A DNA stretch of 64,000 nt, taken from the NCBI GenBank assembly GCA_032718475.1, contig JAUCBJ010007084.1, forward strand, positions 22,524-86,523, in the 5' to 3' direction. Shown one piece after another: positions 24,504 through 38,016 of the stretch. The notes under the pieces were generated by a model. That model ran no database searches and had not been told where the DNA came from. It was given only the letters and a program-made list of their open reading frames with translations. Numbering within the stretch: the stretch's first letter is position 1; each line of letters opens with the position of its first letter. The DNA is from Nemertoderma westbladi (taxonomy: Eukaryota; Animalia; Xenacoelomorpha). The translations under genes and the position numbers were made by a program.

Positions 24504-27500
24504 TTATTTACTAACATTAGTTGGAGATTTGTAGTCTCCAGACTCGTTCCGAGTCTCTTCTAGAAGTACGAGATGTTGAGTCGGTCTATCTACTGTACGA
24601 CCGTCAATTGTCCGTACCGTCACAGTTCTTGTCACTCCATCCATAGATCGATGTGTGGCTAAAATTACACCTGTTATCCAGAAGCGTCTTTTTAGATTCA
24701 CTTCTGCTAACAGCACATAATCTCCCGGCTTTAATGCACGGGTATTATTGTACCAGTTTGTTCTGGCAGAAATAGATTGCAAATAATGGTTTTGCCATAT
24801 TTTCCAGAATTTGTTAGCCAGTAGTTGCGTGATTTTCCACGCTTTTCTACCCTAGCTATCGCCTTCTATTGGAATAGAAATAGGCATCAATGTTGTCGGT
24901 GCCTGCATTAGCAGGTGTGCCGGTGTTAAAGCAAATTGGGATTGTTTGTCATCGGGTACTAATACTATTGGTCTAGTATTTAGTATTGCCTCGATTTCAA
25001 CAAACAATGTGGTCAGTTGGTCGTCTGTCAAGATGTGGTGTACTGGAATGACCTTTGTCATGGCTGTTTTGATAGATCTTATCAGTCTCTCCCAGACTCT
25101 GCCTCTCCATGGACTATCTGGAGGATTAAACTTCCAAACAATCTTGTAAGGACGTAGTTCGTTTGAGATTTGATCATGATCTAATTTCTTAAAGGCTCTA
25201 GCAATTTCATTTCGAGCACCAACAAAGTTTGTACCTTGGTCTGAGTACAAGCATTTTACTAATCCGCGTCTAGTGATAAATTGCCGTAATGCTAGTATAA
25301 AAGCATTGGTGGAAAGATCCATCACACGTTCAATGTGAACTGCCCTACTGGACATGTATGTGAAAATCAGTCCCCAGCGTTTTACTAGTATACGTCCACG
25401 TTTCGTATGTATGGGACCAAAGCAGTCAATTCCAGTCTCTGTGAAAGGTGGTCTGAATGCTTGTAGTCGTGCTTGTGAAAGTTCACTCATTTCTTGGGTA
25501 CCTATTCTAGAATGTACCTTTTTACAAATAATACACGTACGCGTCACTGAACTTAACGCTTTACTGGGTCTAATTAATACGAATCTTGTACGTAAGTAGG
25601 AAAGACAGTGGTGTCTTCCAGCGTGTTTCAGATGTAAATGTGCGTCCAGTATCATTGCACGTTGTAATTCGTGATGTTGCGGTATTAATATTGGGTACCT
25701 AAAATCAGTATTAAGGTCAATGTTTTGAAGCCGAGATTTATGACAAATTAAGCCATTATAAATTATCGGACTCTAACTCAATATTGGTGACGACTTGATT
25801 GGTTGACCTTGACTCATAGATGTGAATTCGCGTGCGAAATATCGTAATTGGTAATGGCGAATTAATTTAATTTCACATCTATCTATCTCAGTCAATGTAA
25901 GTCGACGTGTAAAGTCGCGCTTGCCTTTAACGTATTGTACAAAACGTACAATCCACGCTAATTTTCGGCACGCGTTTGTCCAAGAATCTGTCAGGTTTAC
26001 AATGCGGTCGACGTAAGTGTTTATGACGTCATCAGGTAAGTCAATGGAGAATTTGGAAGGTTTTGTTTTACTAGATGGGCCCATGGGTCCGCCGGTAGGT
26101 ATTCCCTTGTTGACTGTTGATCCGTCCGGGTCTACAAGTAATTTGTCCTTCTTTGTCTTCTTACCTTGATTGTCTGTACTTTCTGAGTCGATCCTTAATG
26201 GTGGTTTTAACTCTATGGGATCACTGGGTTTCGGTAAACTTATTTTTCTGCCGATATTTATCCCAGGTATCACCGTAGGTTGTAAGTTGGGTATGTCTCT
26301 TGAGCGCAAAGTAACACCTGTATTTACATTTGTATAGGTACTACCTACATCTGTAATACATGAGGTTTCACTGTACTTATGGTTACTCAAGAGTGTCAAA
26401 TTTGGTAGTTTGTCAATACAAGGCCGCTCCAATAGGGAAACTGCGGCTTTACTGTTAGTCAATACATTACTAATGTCTGGTAGAACATTTTGTGGTATGT
26501 ATTGTAAAATGTTTTGCGGAACATCCGGCAAAACGTCTAGTGACATGTCTGGCAAAATGTCTGGTTGACCGTCTGGCGATATGTCTGGTTGAGAAAGGCT
26601 CGCAAGTCTTCCGTTCTTAACTTTGGAAGTTATATCTTTCCATTTTGCCTTCGGTTTTCTCTTGAGTTTCGCCGTCGTCTTTTTCTTTGCTTTCCCTTTC
26701 TTTGGTTTTTTAATTTCGGCGTCCTTAGGGATAGTGTTAGACTTGTTGTCATATAGTGGCGGCCAATGTTGTGATGTTCTTTGCAAGAATTGTGGTCCAT
26801 GTTGCCAAAATTCCTTGTTCTCCGGTTTACAGAACTCCTCAGGCATCATTCCTCGCGACACAATATCAGCTGGGTTTTGTGGTCCGGGACAATGTCGCCA
26901 ATCTTCCTTTATTGAACGGTCCAAAATTTCCGCACGACAGTTAGCTACAAATGTCTTAAATTCAAGAGTGTCGTTGTTTATATAGAATAAAACTAACTTT
27001 GCGTCAGTCCAATAAAATATCTGTAAACTTGATTGTAATTCCGTCTGTATAAGGTTTACGATTGTAGTTGACAGGGTTGCTGCTTGTAGCTCAGCGCATG
27101 GTGTCGTCATGTACTTAGTAGGCATGGTTTAAGCCTTAGAAGTAATGAGTGAAACCTCGAAATCGTCTGAGTCTACTTGTTTGCGCAAATACGCTGTCAC
27201 TCCAAAGCCGTTGTCACTGGCATCGGAAAAACAATGTAATTCTAAGTCGTCAGGAAATGTCGTCTGTAATGGAAAGTACACCCGGGGTATGGAATAATCT
27301 TCTAGCGAAGACAATTGCGTCTTCCAAGTTTTCCATAAGTCCACTTGTTCGGATGAGATCGGTTTGTCCCATGTAAGTCCATCTTTCCAAATACTGCGCA
27401 TGTATATTCTTGCTTGCAGTATTATTGGGCTGATAAAAGGGGTCGAACAGTCGACTCAGCTTTGACAAGCAAGACCTCTTTGTCAGAGAATCCCCTTGAG

Positions 27501-30500
27501 CGTCCAGTCTTACCTTCACTCGAAAGTTGTCTGTGTTTGGGTCCCAAAAGAGCCCCAACACCTTGGTCATTGGTAGTGGTTCAAACTCTAAGTCAATGTC
27601 ACCACCCCCACGTTCAGTCGTTTTGAATGAATTTACTAATTCGGCACTGTTTGAGGCAAACTTGGTGAGGTTAAAACCTCCACCTGCTAAACAGTCCCGT
27701 AATTGATGTGCTACTGTTATAGCACGTTCTACTGTGTCACAACTTTGTAATCCATCGTCCACATAAAAATCTCGTTCTACGATCTGGATTACCTCTGGGT
27801 CATACTTATGTTTCTGGTCCCTAGCGGTCTGCTTCAGGGTGTACATAGTACAATTTGGGCTGTCTCTGGCACAGAAAACGCGAACTTGCATTTGGTAAGT
27901 CGCCGGTGGTTGACTTAAGTCTCCATCCGGGTACCAGAGGAACCTCAAACTGTCTCTGTCTCGCTCTAACGCTCGCACTTGGTGAAACATGGCTTTGACG
28001 TCGCAAGTAAATGCTACTTGGCGTTGACGGAAGCGCATAATCACGCCCATGAGATAATTATTTATGTTTGGTCCATCCATTAGCTCACTATTGAGAGACA
28101 TTCCCTCAAACAGAGCCACACAGTCATTAACTACACGTAATTTGTCAGGTTTATCGGGGTGTCTCACGTAGTGATGTAGTAAATAGTATGTCTGGTCTGT
28201 CCCAATCTCTGGGTTAGTCATTCTGCTAGCGTACCCTTTTGTCAAATACGTCTCCATCTGGGTATTGTACTGCAGATGGGCTTTCTCGTCCTTCAATAAA
28301 CATTGTCGTATTGAGTTTAGACGTCTTAAAGCTAGCGGATAATTATTTATAAGTTTAGGACGCTGGTTACGCCATAACATCCCTACCTCATAATGTCCGT
28401 CTTCCGTCTGGCGGATAGTATCTTCCATGATCTTTAAAGATTGTTTCTCTTATTCCGATATACATGGTTCGTAACTACCAGGTTTGGCTGTATCTTGCTC
28501 CAACCATCTGATAGTTTTCTCTGTTAATTCTTTGTCTAGTGCCGCTTGTTCCACTTGACAGTGTCTTAAGGTTTCGTCATCTACGGGCGTTGTTAAGGTT
28601 ATTGGTTTAGGTAGACTCGCAAGCCTTCCGGCGTTATCATCTGTCGTTGATGGAACCTCTGCCTGACTCCGCTCCTTCTCAATCTCTACACTAACCTTGT
28701 GGATTGGCTGCTCTCTGTGACTTATTGTATTCGCTACACACGACGTACCTATAACGTTGTCGTGTTTTGTCGAATGTAGTGTAGTATAGTCTCTGTCGTG
28801 TGAAAAGGAATGAGTTGAAGTTGTGGTACATCAACTTCATGTACTTTGCACATCGTCTTCCACATCACTTATATCTAGTGTGCGCACAGGCGCTCGAGTA
28901 TACCAACCTATCGGAGTTCGACAGGCGTAAGCGTTTCCTGCTACAACTACCGATGGTCTGGTTTCCCACACTTGATGTAAGTTGAATTGGTCTGTCCCAA
29001 TCAGCATTGCTACTGATCTATAGTTAACCGGACATTCAGGTACACCAAGGTGTCTAAAATACTTACAGTCCTCCAAAGATTGTTCTGGCACTGGACCTAG
29101 TAGATTACTAAAGTCCTTAGTGGCCGCAAAAGTTAAATCCTTAAAGGGTAACAAAGACCTCTCCTTTTTGCTATGTTGCGATTTCGGAAGAAGAGTGTCT
29201 AAGTTTAACTTAACTCTAGTCACTGGTATTGCACATTGTCCATGCATACTACTTATGGTATATCTGATGTGCTTACCTTGTCTAAGGTCCGTCACGACGT
29301 CGGCTACCTTCTCATCCACGTAGCTGTGAGATGAGGCTGAATCTAAAATAGCGTAGATCCGTTTGCTCCCTTTTGTGCCCGTAATCCTAACAGGAATTAC
29401 GCTAAATCCCTTCAGTTGGTCAGGCGTCAGAAGCGCAATCGATGGTTGTTCGTCTCCATCTGAGTATATGTCGTCGTCTTCGGATTCTTCATCAGAAGTC
29501 CCGGATTGTTCTGGGAAACAATCCCGAATATGCGTCACGAAAGTTGGTGTTGTTTTTGATTCTCGATTCTTGTATGCCATGTTGCATTTTGCTGCAGCTT
29601 CCGGGTGTTCCCTGGTGAAGCGTTTTGTCGGCGTATGACTATCCGTGTGGAGCAAACCGTCATGGTTGCGTCCACAGGAAGGACATGTGTCCGTATTTGG
29701 GCAGTCCTTACGGACATGTCCATGTTGCGTACACCTCCAACAAGAATCCAATGGCCGTATCTGTAGTCTTCGTTCTTCCGAGTTTAACTCGTGAAACAGT
29801 CGACATCCTCTCAACTTGTGACTAGTATGCCGCTTACCGAGCCGCTCGCAGTATTGGCAACCGCTAAAGTCGGCACTCAGTTGCTGCCTAGTCTGTCTGA
29901 TCCCAATGGGTGCGGACACTTTACTACCGTCAGAAAATTGTCGGGTTTCTGTCGGTGTAGCGTAGGTGGCTGTCCTTGTGGATGTCGTCGGTGGTTTTTG
30001 TCGGTTGGATGATGGTAAGGTGATTCCTTCTGCTACAATGTGTTGGTCGGTGTAGTTAGATCGAGTCTCCACCACTGCTTCCCTAGATATTAATAGGTAC
30101 ACATCCTCCAATTTCAAAAATCCACCCCTTTCTTCCCGCTGATACTCGATTTTCCTCCACTCCCGACGAAGTCGATGGTGTAGTCTCCCTATGATTTTTA
30201 ATAGGACTGTAGGGGTGTTTCCGTAATCGAGTTGTCCAATAGATCGTAATGTAGTGATAGCGTTCTTGATTTCGTCAGCTAGTTTCAGTAAGTCGACGGG
30301 TTTAGTAATAGCCCCCCCCCCCCTTACAGAGTTCCTCTATTACTGACTTGGCCGTGCTTACCGTACCTCCGTAGATTGAAGTTAAGCAATTGTATGCTAA
30401 CTCGAAGGCATCTGGTACACCAACGAAAGTCTCTGCTAAACCTTTGAGTTCTCCCGTCAATGTTTGAAGCAGGTAGTTAAACTTTTCCCTTGATGTAAAA

Positions 30501-33224
30501 GCGCACGCAGCAATTTGAGATTCGATGTAGTCTACGAATGTGTGCCAATGTTTGGAGTTACCGGAAAACTTAGGTGGTTGTTGCACCGGTAGTCCTTGTC
30601 TAGCTGCGAATTTAGCTATCTCCTCGGCTACGTTCAAAGTTTCGCATCCTTGGTTGGCAATCGAGTTGATGTTCTCCCGTCTTGGCTCTTTCCTTTGATA
30701 CGAGGTGTTTCTTGAAGGTATCACTCTTTGCGGATCCTTTGGGTTTCTATTGTGTTCGAATTCGGTATTTCTCGAACTATCGGTTTGAAATTCCTCTAAG
30801 CGTTCCTCAATCTGGGCCAACTTGTTGACAACTGGTCGCATTAGGTCGGCGAATTGTTGCGTACTAATTGCGTCCGTTGGTTGTAACGCTTTCTGTGTTG
30901 GTGTATTTTGTGGAGGATCATTTATAAAGGAGTTATCTGAACGCTCACGTTTGCATTCATCAGCCGCTCCTGTTCTAAACACCTCGCGTTCGGGGTAATC
31001 CGACTCGCTTGAAGTACTACTATCACCTGGATACGGTGGCCGACGTGCTTGCGTCCCTTGTGTTGTCCGAATTCTAACATTCCGTTTGGAAACATCGTCT
31101 ACTGGTCTCCGTCATTCGGTAGGCTCACAAGTCTTCCTCGAAGTCGTAGATTGCGATGTAAACTGATTAAGCGGTCGCGTGTCTACTGGTCTCCATTGTT
31201 TGGTAGGCTCACAAGTCTTCCTCGAAGTCGTAGATTGCGATGTAAACTGGTTAAGCGGTTGCGTGTCTACTGGTCTCCGTTGTTCGGTAGGCTCAGAAGT
31301 CTTCCTCGAAGTCGTAGATTGCGATGTAAACTGGTTAAGCGGTCGCGTGTCTACTGGTCTCCGTTGTTTGGTAGGCTCACAAGTCTTCCTCGAAGTCGTA
31401 GATTGCGATATAAACTGAAACGCTGGTCGCGTAATGGCGTTTGCGTCTAAAGTCCTCGTAGGTCTAAACACAATTGGATCTGCGTTGTGCGTGACCGGTT
31501 TCGGTGTCGAAGGTTGACTCACCTGTTTAGTCGTCAGTAATGCAGTCCCTGCCAATAAACTACTACGATCTGTAATCGGTGGGTTACTTACCTTGACTTT
31601 CGGAATAGGCGATGACGTTGCTCTTGGCGGTACAAACTTGTCCGGAATAACATAACTGTGTTCCGTCGCATCGTGTATAGGAGATATACTGCTACTACCC
31701 GCAATCGAAACAGGTCCTTTGTTCGTAATTGGTGCAAACATTGGAGTTACTTGAGGAAATCGTTGACACAAATCTTTAACCAATTCCCGTTCTTGCTCAG
31801 GTGCTCCTACGCTTCCTTCCTTCATCCGTTCCTGAATTTGACAATGCCTTACCTCTATCCGGTCTAGATCGTGTCCGTCTCGAGATCTCATCGATCGATC
31901 GCGGGCTTGAAGATCCAGATCTTCATTGGCATTGGCTAATTCTCTCGCCTTCCTTTCGAGTTCGAAATGAAGTTTAACTTCTTTCTCGTGTTGTTCCGTC
32001 TGTTGTTGTTGCGCCTCGAACTCCGCTAGTCATATAGCTGATTGAGCCTTTATCTGTCGTTTTTTCAACTCGGCTCGAGCTTCCGAAACTCGCCTTTGTT
32101 CGTCCAATTCGGCTGTTGCCGCTTGTTTCTCCAACTTAGTGTGTTCGTCGCGCTAACTCAGCTTGTCGTTCCAACTCAGCTGTTGCTGCTCGTTGCGCTA
32201 ACTCAGCTGCTGCTGTACACTGTGCTATTTCTAACTCTAACCTTTCCATCTCAGCTGCTTCTAGTTCTGCTGCTTCTTGCAGATGAGAGATTCTCGCAAC
32301 ATTTGCGACGCGTAGTTTCTCTTCCTCTACAGCTGCTTGTACCGTCAATAACTGAGTTTGTTCCTCGATTTCCCGTTGTTGTCTGTAGAACTGTTGTTGC
32401 TGTCGAGAAATTTCTGATGTTACCATACTTACCTCGCCAATTTCGCTGCGAATACTCACCAATGATTGATCCAGTATTCCCGGTGCCAGGTCGATTTGTA
32501 CGGGTGAAGTTTCCCTCGTAGCTTCTGGCACGGTTTCCAAATCGCCAACGTCTTCGCCGCACATACGTAAGTGATCCATCAGGTATTTCAATTGTCCATC
32601 CAATCTGTACAGTTCTTGTTCTTCCTCGGGTTGTAACAGTTTGTCGGAAACTGACTCACCTAATAACTGGTCCGCTTGTTCCTGTTGTATCAGTCTAACG
32701 GCCGTCTTAAACTAAATTAGTTTCTCCCTAGCGATCATTAATTTCTCGAGGATCTTAAACTGTGTGTCCGTATCCTGTCTTTGTCTAGCTAGATCTTGTA
32801 GACTGATTAGGTTATCTACAGACTTATGTACTTTACTTTGTACTCTAACCTGTAGGGTGTAGAATTCGAACCGAGACATCGGAGCGGTCAACTTGTCTAA
32901 TATGCGTTGGCCTTCTCCAATACTCCTGTTAATATGCGCCATGTATCCTCCGACGCTTCTAACAACGCTCTCTTGGCTTCCTACTGAACTTACCATGTCC
33001 GTTTCCCTGTATCTAGGTTGCGGAACAGTTAGAAAATCCTCGGTCCTGCCGTCGCCTCGTACTACGGCATCCGGTACTCCCATTGGATGTACTGGTGACG
33101 CACACGGTGTAGGTTCGGTAGGCTCGCGAGTCTTCCCCTGTGGTTCTTCCGCTACTGACTTATCCGCGTCACATGAGTCATATTTGGTATGTGTATTCTT
33201 CGTATAGTCCTGTTTGTCACTCAT
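24504..33224 (-). pseudogene. pol: Element A gag-pol (BEL/Pao), many stops and frameshifts
   Basis: Fragments with PPKFSGNSKHW, three Zn fingers, ILDSAS, FYVDDG, FSDAS, TGIDCFGP, SDQGTNF, VWERL; colinear with 42367-51281. Confidence 0.93.
31097..31418 (-). repeat. 84-bp coding tandem repeat (~3.8 copies) in A gag
   Basis: Repeated QFTSQSTTSRKTCEPT.QRRPVDTRPLN (28 aa). Confidence 0.9.
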
Positions 33225-34037
33225 TTCGGTAGTTGTAAGTCAAGTAAAGTATGAGTGTCAAAGTATCAAATTTACCGTATTTATATCTAAACGGTACTAA
33301 TTACAGTCATATAAAATTAGCCTACCGGCCGATTTTATAGCAAATGGATAAAATTCGCCTAGCAGCCAATTTTACAGCAAATAAATGTCACGGAATAAGT
33401 ATATAATAAAATTAGCCTATCGGCCAATTTTATAACAAATAAATCGGATAACGATATACGTTATCAAAATATAAATCAAACACAAATAATTACGGACTAA
33501 TTCAGCAATAAACAAAGAAATCGTACAGAATGCATAAGTACTTTAGACAGTGAAACCCACAATAATTTTAACTAATACGGTAATGCCTAACTGATTTATG
33601 CAACTTTTCAAACTTACCCACTCCAATAATTCTCCAGAAAAACAGATTCCCAGATACAAACCGGACGTGAACCTTTCCGTTTCCAGCGTTGCGGACGAAG
33701 TGCGATTTTTCCCAACCAAAGTTGTTGGGTTATCTATCTCCCAAACTTGCTAAACACGGTCTTTCTCTCGTTGCAGTCTAGAAATGAGCTCTGAATCCTG
33801 AAAAACAAAAGAGTTTGGTTTTACTTTTACGAAAATTTTGTACCGGTACAATATGGTATTTAAACCCTTTTTTTTAAACACCGGTATTCAATTCCAAATA
33901 TTTTACACGCGTTTCAAATCAAAATTTTTATTTCAAAATTAGCACTTAGCTAATCAAATACAAATTTGACCTCAAAATACAAATTTTCAAACAATTTTAG
34001 TCCTACTAAACCGTAGTTCAGCAAAACATATTCCTAC

Positions 34038-34960
34038 TAAATTAGGAAATATGTTAAATAATACCATATTCCTACGAAATGGAAGAGACGGGACTAATAC
34101 CTGCAATGTCCTACTGTAAAGTCTGTGAATCAAAGCATAATACGACCTTCTCACCAAAACAGTAAACTCTAAGTAAACAAACCTATTGCAGTATTGGTCT
34201 CTTATAACCGGTGAGGCAGAAAACAGCTGTCTAACCTTCAGGCGATGGGCGAATAACTAAGGATGATATTGCGGGTTGTCTCTTCCTACATTCCTCCGAT
34301 GTTCCCGTCTATTGCTGCGGTCCGCTACCTAGCCTGCCATCCATCTTTCAGTTGGGTTCACCGTGGTGAAACATAGTAAAAGGCAGATGTGGCGAATACT
34401 TCTATCTTTATTACAAAATTTAAACGATAACTAATATACAATAACATTTACAAAGTTAAAGTAGTGAATAAGTGAATAACTAAGTGAAGTATATAGAAGG
34501 TTACTATCAGATAACTAATGAACAAATTGCACCTTTTATAGCAAATTGGTGCTGCAAACAATCGAGAATATTCTATGAGTTATATTGGGTTTTAAAGATA
34601 ATCATTGGTCCAGCAAACACATATCTTGTACGACATTGGTTACTATCAGATAACTGCAATCATATTGGTTAATCTACCTTAAGCAGATGCAATTAAATCG
34701 TAGCGGTCAATTTGAATGAGTTGAAATTTAGCACAAAAAATAATTCGCACTTGCTAGGATTCGAACTCAACACCTACTGAACGATTTTCCAGCGCATAAC
34801 CGACTGAGCTACTGAACCACTTGATCAACATTGTACAGCTATAGCTATTGTATAGCTATAGTAAAGACAAATGAGGACTTAATGTAATCTTTATAACAAG
34901 TTTATTCCAACAAATAAAATTTTTGAAAATCCACGGCTTTTATGAGGATATAATTCTATA
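34038..34960 (-). repeat. 5' LTR of element A (~923 bp)
   Basis: Homologous to the C LTR from TATAGAATTATA to the conserved GTAGGAATATG; lacks C segment 40365-41378. The inner boundary is inferred from C. Confidence 0.8.
34735..34818 (-). promoter_or_regulatory. tRNA-like Pol III cassette in the A LTR
   Basis: Box A TAGCTCAGTCGG, box B GAGTTCGAATCC, then T6. Confidence 0.7.
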
Positions 34961-37234
34961 TTATCCTCAACACCTTTTCAACATGTATTTCATAAATCAT
35001 CACATTGATTTCAGAAAGTTCTATTTGGGTTTCAGTTTTTTCATTGTGATTTCAAAATGTTACAATTTGATTTCAATAAATCTATTTCAATTTCAGAATA
35101 TACCATTTGTATTTAAACAAATACATTTCAATTTCAACATATGTCATTTGGATTCTAAAATTATCATTTCGATTTCAGAATGCGTCTTTTGGATTTCAAA
35201 AATTACATTACGATTTCAGATAAGGAAAGAATAATTTTGAAATATATCAAATGGAATTTATGAATCCCAATTACAATATTTTGAACTCAAAATGCTTATC
35301 TACTGTAATTACATTTTTAAATTACATTTTTCTTGCCGATGTAAAGGGAGTAGATCAAGGAGTCGTGGAGGAAAGGGGAAAAGAAAGGAAAGAGAGGAAG
35401 ATCGAGAAGACCGAGAAGAAAGAAGAACCAACCAGTTGAAATGTAAAAAGACACTAAAGATTGCTACAATGAACGCACGCACGATGAAACCACATAACAA
35501 ACAGGGTGACATGGTCGCTCTGGCAATGGAATATAACATCGACATCATCTGCATCCAAGAACATCGGATTTGTCATGAAGACACTGCCATGAAGTACAAT
35601 GACATTGGAAATGGATGGACGTTAGTAACAAGCTCAGCAGTAAGAAACTCGGCCAATGCATCAATTGGTGGAGTTTCGGGGTCAATCGGCAACAGTTATA
35701 TGTTGCTACAGTCCAACCAATGCCTCAGAGCCAGAACAAGCAGTCAAGTTTTATGAAGAACTGACTGGACTTATAAAGGACATTCCGAAACACAATGTTA
35801 AATTCATTGCTGGTGACCTGAATGCCCAAATTGGCCCAGAAGACATCAAGGGTTATACCTATAACACCAGTTCCAACAGAAATGGGTACTTACTTTTAGA
35901 CCTAATGGAAGAATGTGAATTGATACCAACAAACAACACATTCGAAAAGAGTAAGGGGAAGCTATGGACCTTTCAATACCCTAATGGAACCAAAGCACAA
36001 CTGGATTACATCCTCATAAACAAAAAGTGGAGAAACAGCATGATCAACTGCGAGGCATACAGCTCGTTCAACCTAATTGGTTCGGACCACAGAATTGTGA
36101 CTGCAGAGATCAGACTCAGTTTGAGAGCCAGCAAACCCAGGACAAGCAAGCAAATCAAATATGACTGGGAAAAACTCAGAACTGACAATGCTGTAAAGGA
36201 TGCTTATACAGTAGTAGTTAAAAACCGCTTTGAAGCACTTCAGTCAATGGATGAAGACCAATCCACCAATTCAATATACCAGAATATAATAACAGCCCAC
36301 AAGGAATCAGCTAAGAGGCATATCCTCCAGAAACCCAAACGAAAACAATATTTGCCATAGCAAAACTCTGAGGTTACTTGTAAGAGAGAAGATCTTAAGA
36401 TAGCCTACAAAGTTAAAACCGAACAACCAACAACCGAAAACATTAACAAGGTTGAGAAAGCTAAGGACGATCTTAAATTGGCCTAAAACATCAGCCAGGA
36501 AAAGTACATACAGGATAAAACTGAAGCAATTACAACTGCTCACATACAGCAACAATCAAGACTTACCTGGCAAACTGTAAATGAGGTATCTGGTCGGAAA
36601 AGTTGTGCAAAGGGGCCCCTCAAAGCCGATAGTCCTGAAGAACGTGTTGGGAAGTGGAAAAATCACTTCAGCAACTTGCTTGGGCAGCCACCAAACATCG
36701 AGGTCAGCCCTACAAGGAAAATATATGACAAGACACTACCTATAGAAACAGGGGACTTCACACCTGCCGAACTCCAAAGAAGCATTAAAAGCATGTCCAA
36801 TAATAAAGCGAGTGGATTAGATGAAATCCCAGCAGAGGTATGGAAAACCGGAGTGCTAAATAGACCATTATTGAATGTTTACAACCGGATGTTAAAAGGG
36901 GAAAAGCCACAACCAATTTGGACTAAAGGTCAACTAAAGCCTCTCCCCAAGAAAGGAGACCTCGGCATACCAACAAACTATCGTGGGATCTGTCTGCTTG
37001 TGGTAGCTGCCAAAATATACAATAAAATGATTCTATATAGGATTAGGCCTCACATAGAGAAACTACTGCGTAAGAGCCAAAACGGATTTCGACCAAGTAG
37101 ATCAACAATAGCTCAAATAATAAGTGAATTGTTGTGGGGTGAGTGACGCGGTGAATTAAATATATAATGTAAATAGGACAATATGATAATGCTCTCCATA
37201 GCGAAAAATATCAACCGACCCTGTTGGGGCTCGA

Positions 37235-37278
37235 ACCCGGTACCTAGGTTTCAAACTTCTGGTTATCATCAGCCGGGT
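37235..37278 (-). ncRNA. Minimal type I hammerhead ribozyme, copy 1
   Basis: ACCCGG CTGATGA T AAC-cagaa-GTT T GAAA CCTAG GTA CCGGGT: 6-bp stem I, full core, palindromic stem III. Confidence 0.8.
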
Positions 37279-37603
37279 GAGTGTACTGAGCTACCAGGCC
37301 GGATGAATATTTCGTTATGGAGTGGAAGATCATATTAAGGCCATACAATCACTCAAAGTAAAGTACAACTTCCGTTATTCCCGTGCTCTGCCAGAAATGG
37401 CAACCATGCCTCAAAGAATAACTATTATACAGTGTTGTAGAAACCACTGTAACCCCGTATGCCTGGCCCAGGCTGTTAGTTAATGATAATAAGTGAATTG
37501 TTGTGGGGTGAGTGACGCGGTGAATTAAATATATAATGTAAATAGGACAATATGATAATGCTCTCCATAGCGAAAAATATCAACCGACCCTGTTGGGGCT
37601 CGA

Positions 37604-37647
37604 ACCCGGTACCTAGGTTTCAAACTTCTGGTTATCATCAGCCGGGT
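37604..37647 (-). ncRNA. Minimal type I hammerhead ribozyme, copy 2
   Basis: Identical to copy 1, offset +369. Confidence 0.8.
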
Positions 37648-37972
37648 GAGTGTACTGAGCTACCAGGCCGGATGAATATTTCGTTATGGAGTGGAAGATC
37701 ATATTAAGGCCATACAATCACTCAAAGTAAAGTACAACTTCCGTTATTCCCGTGCTCTGCCAGAAATGGCAACCATGCCTCAAAGAATAACTATTATACA
37801 GTGTTGTAGAAACCACTGTAACCCCGTATGCCTGGCCCAGGCTGTTAGTTAATGATAATAAGTGAATTGTTGTGGGGTGAGTGACGCGGTGAATTAAATA
37901 TATAATGTAAATAGGACAATATGATAATGCTCTCCATAGCGAAAAATATCAACCGACCCTGTTGGGGCTCGA

Positions 37973-38016
37973 ACCCGGTACCTAGGTTTCAAACTTCTGG
38001 TTATCATCAGCCGGGT
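37973..38016 (-). ncRNA. Minimal type I hammerhead ribozyme, copy 3
   Basis: Identical to copy 1, offset +738. Confidence 0.8.

Larger units (their letters stand above)
1..34960 (-). mobile_element. Element A: degraded BEL/Pao LTR retrotransposon (same family as element C), interrupted by element B; 3' end lies outside the window
   Basis: Colinear reverse-complement homology to element C: LTR, gag-pol fragments 24504-33224, and extra ORF split into 22420-23841 and 63-2362, which rejoin once B and one TSD copy are removed. Confidence 0.93.

Noticed and set aside
35335-35430. RS/RE-rich segment before the LINE as a host exon
   Set aside because: Purine-rich low complexity with no intact splice acceptor; cannot be supported.
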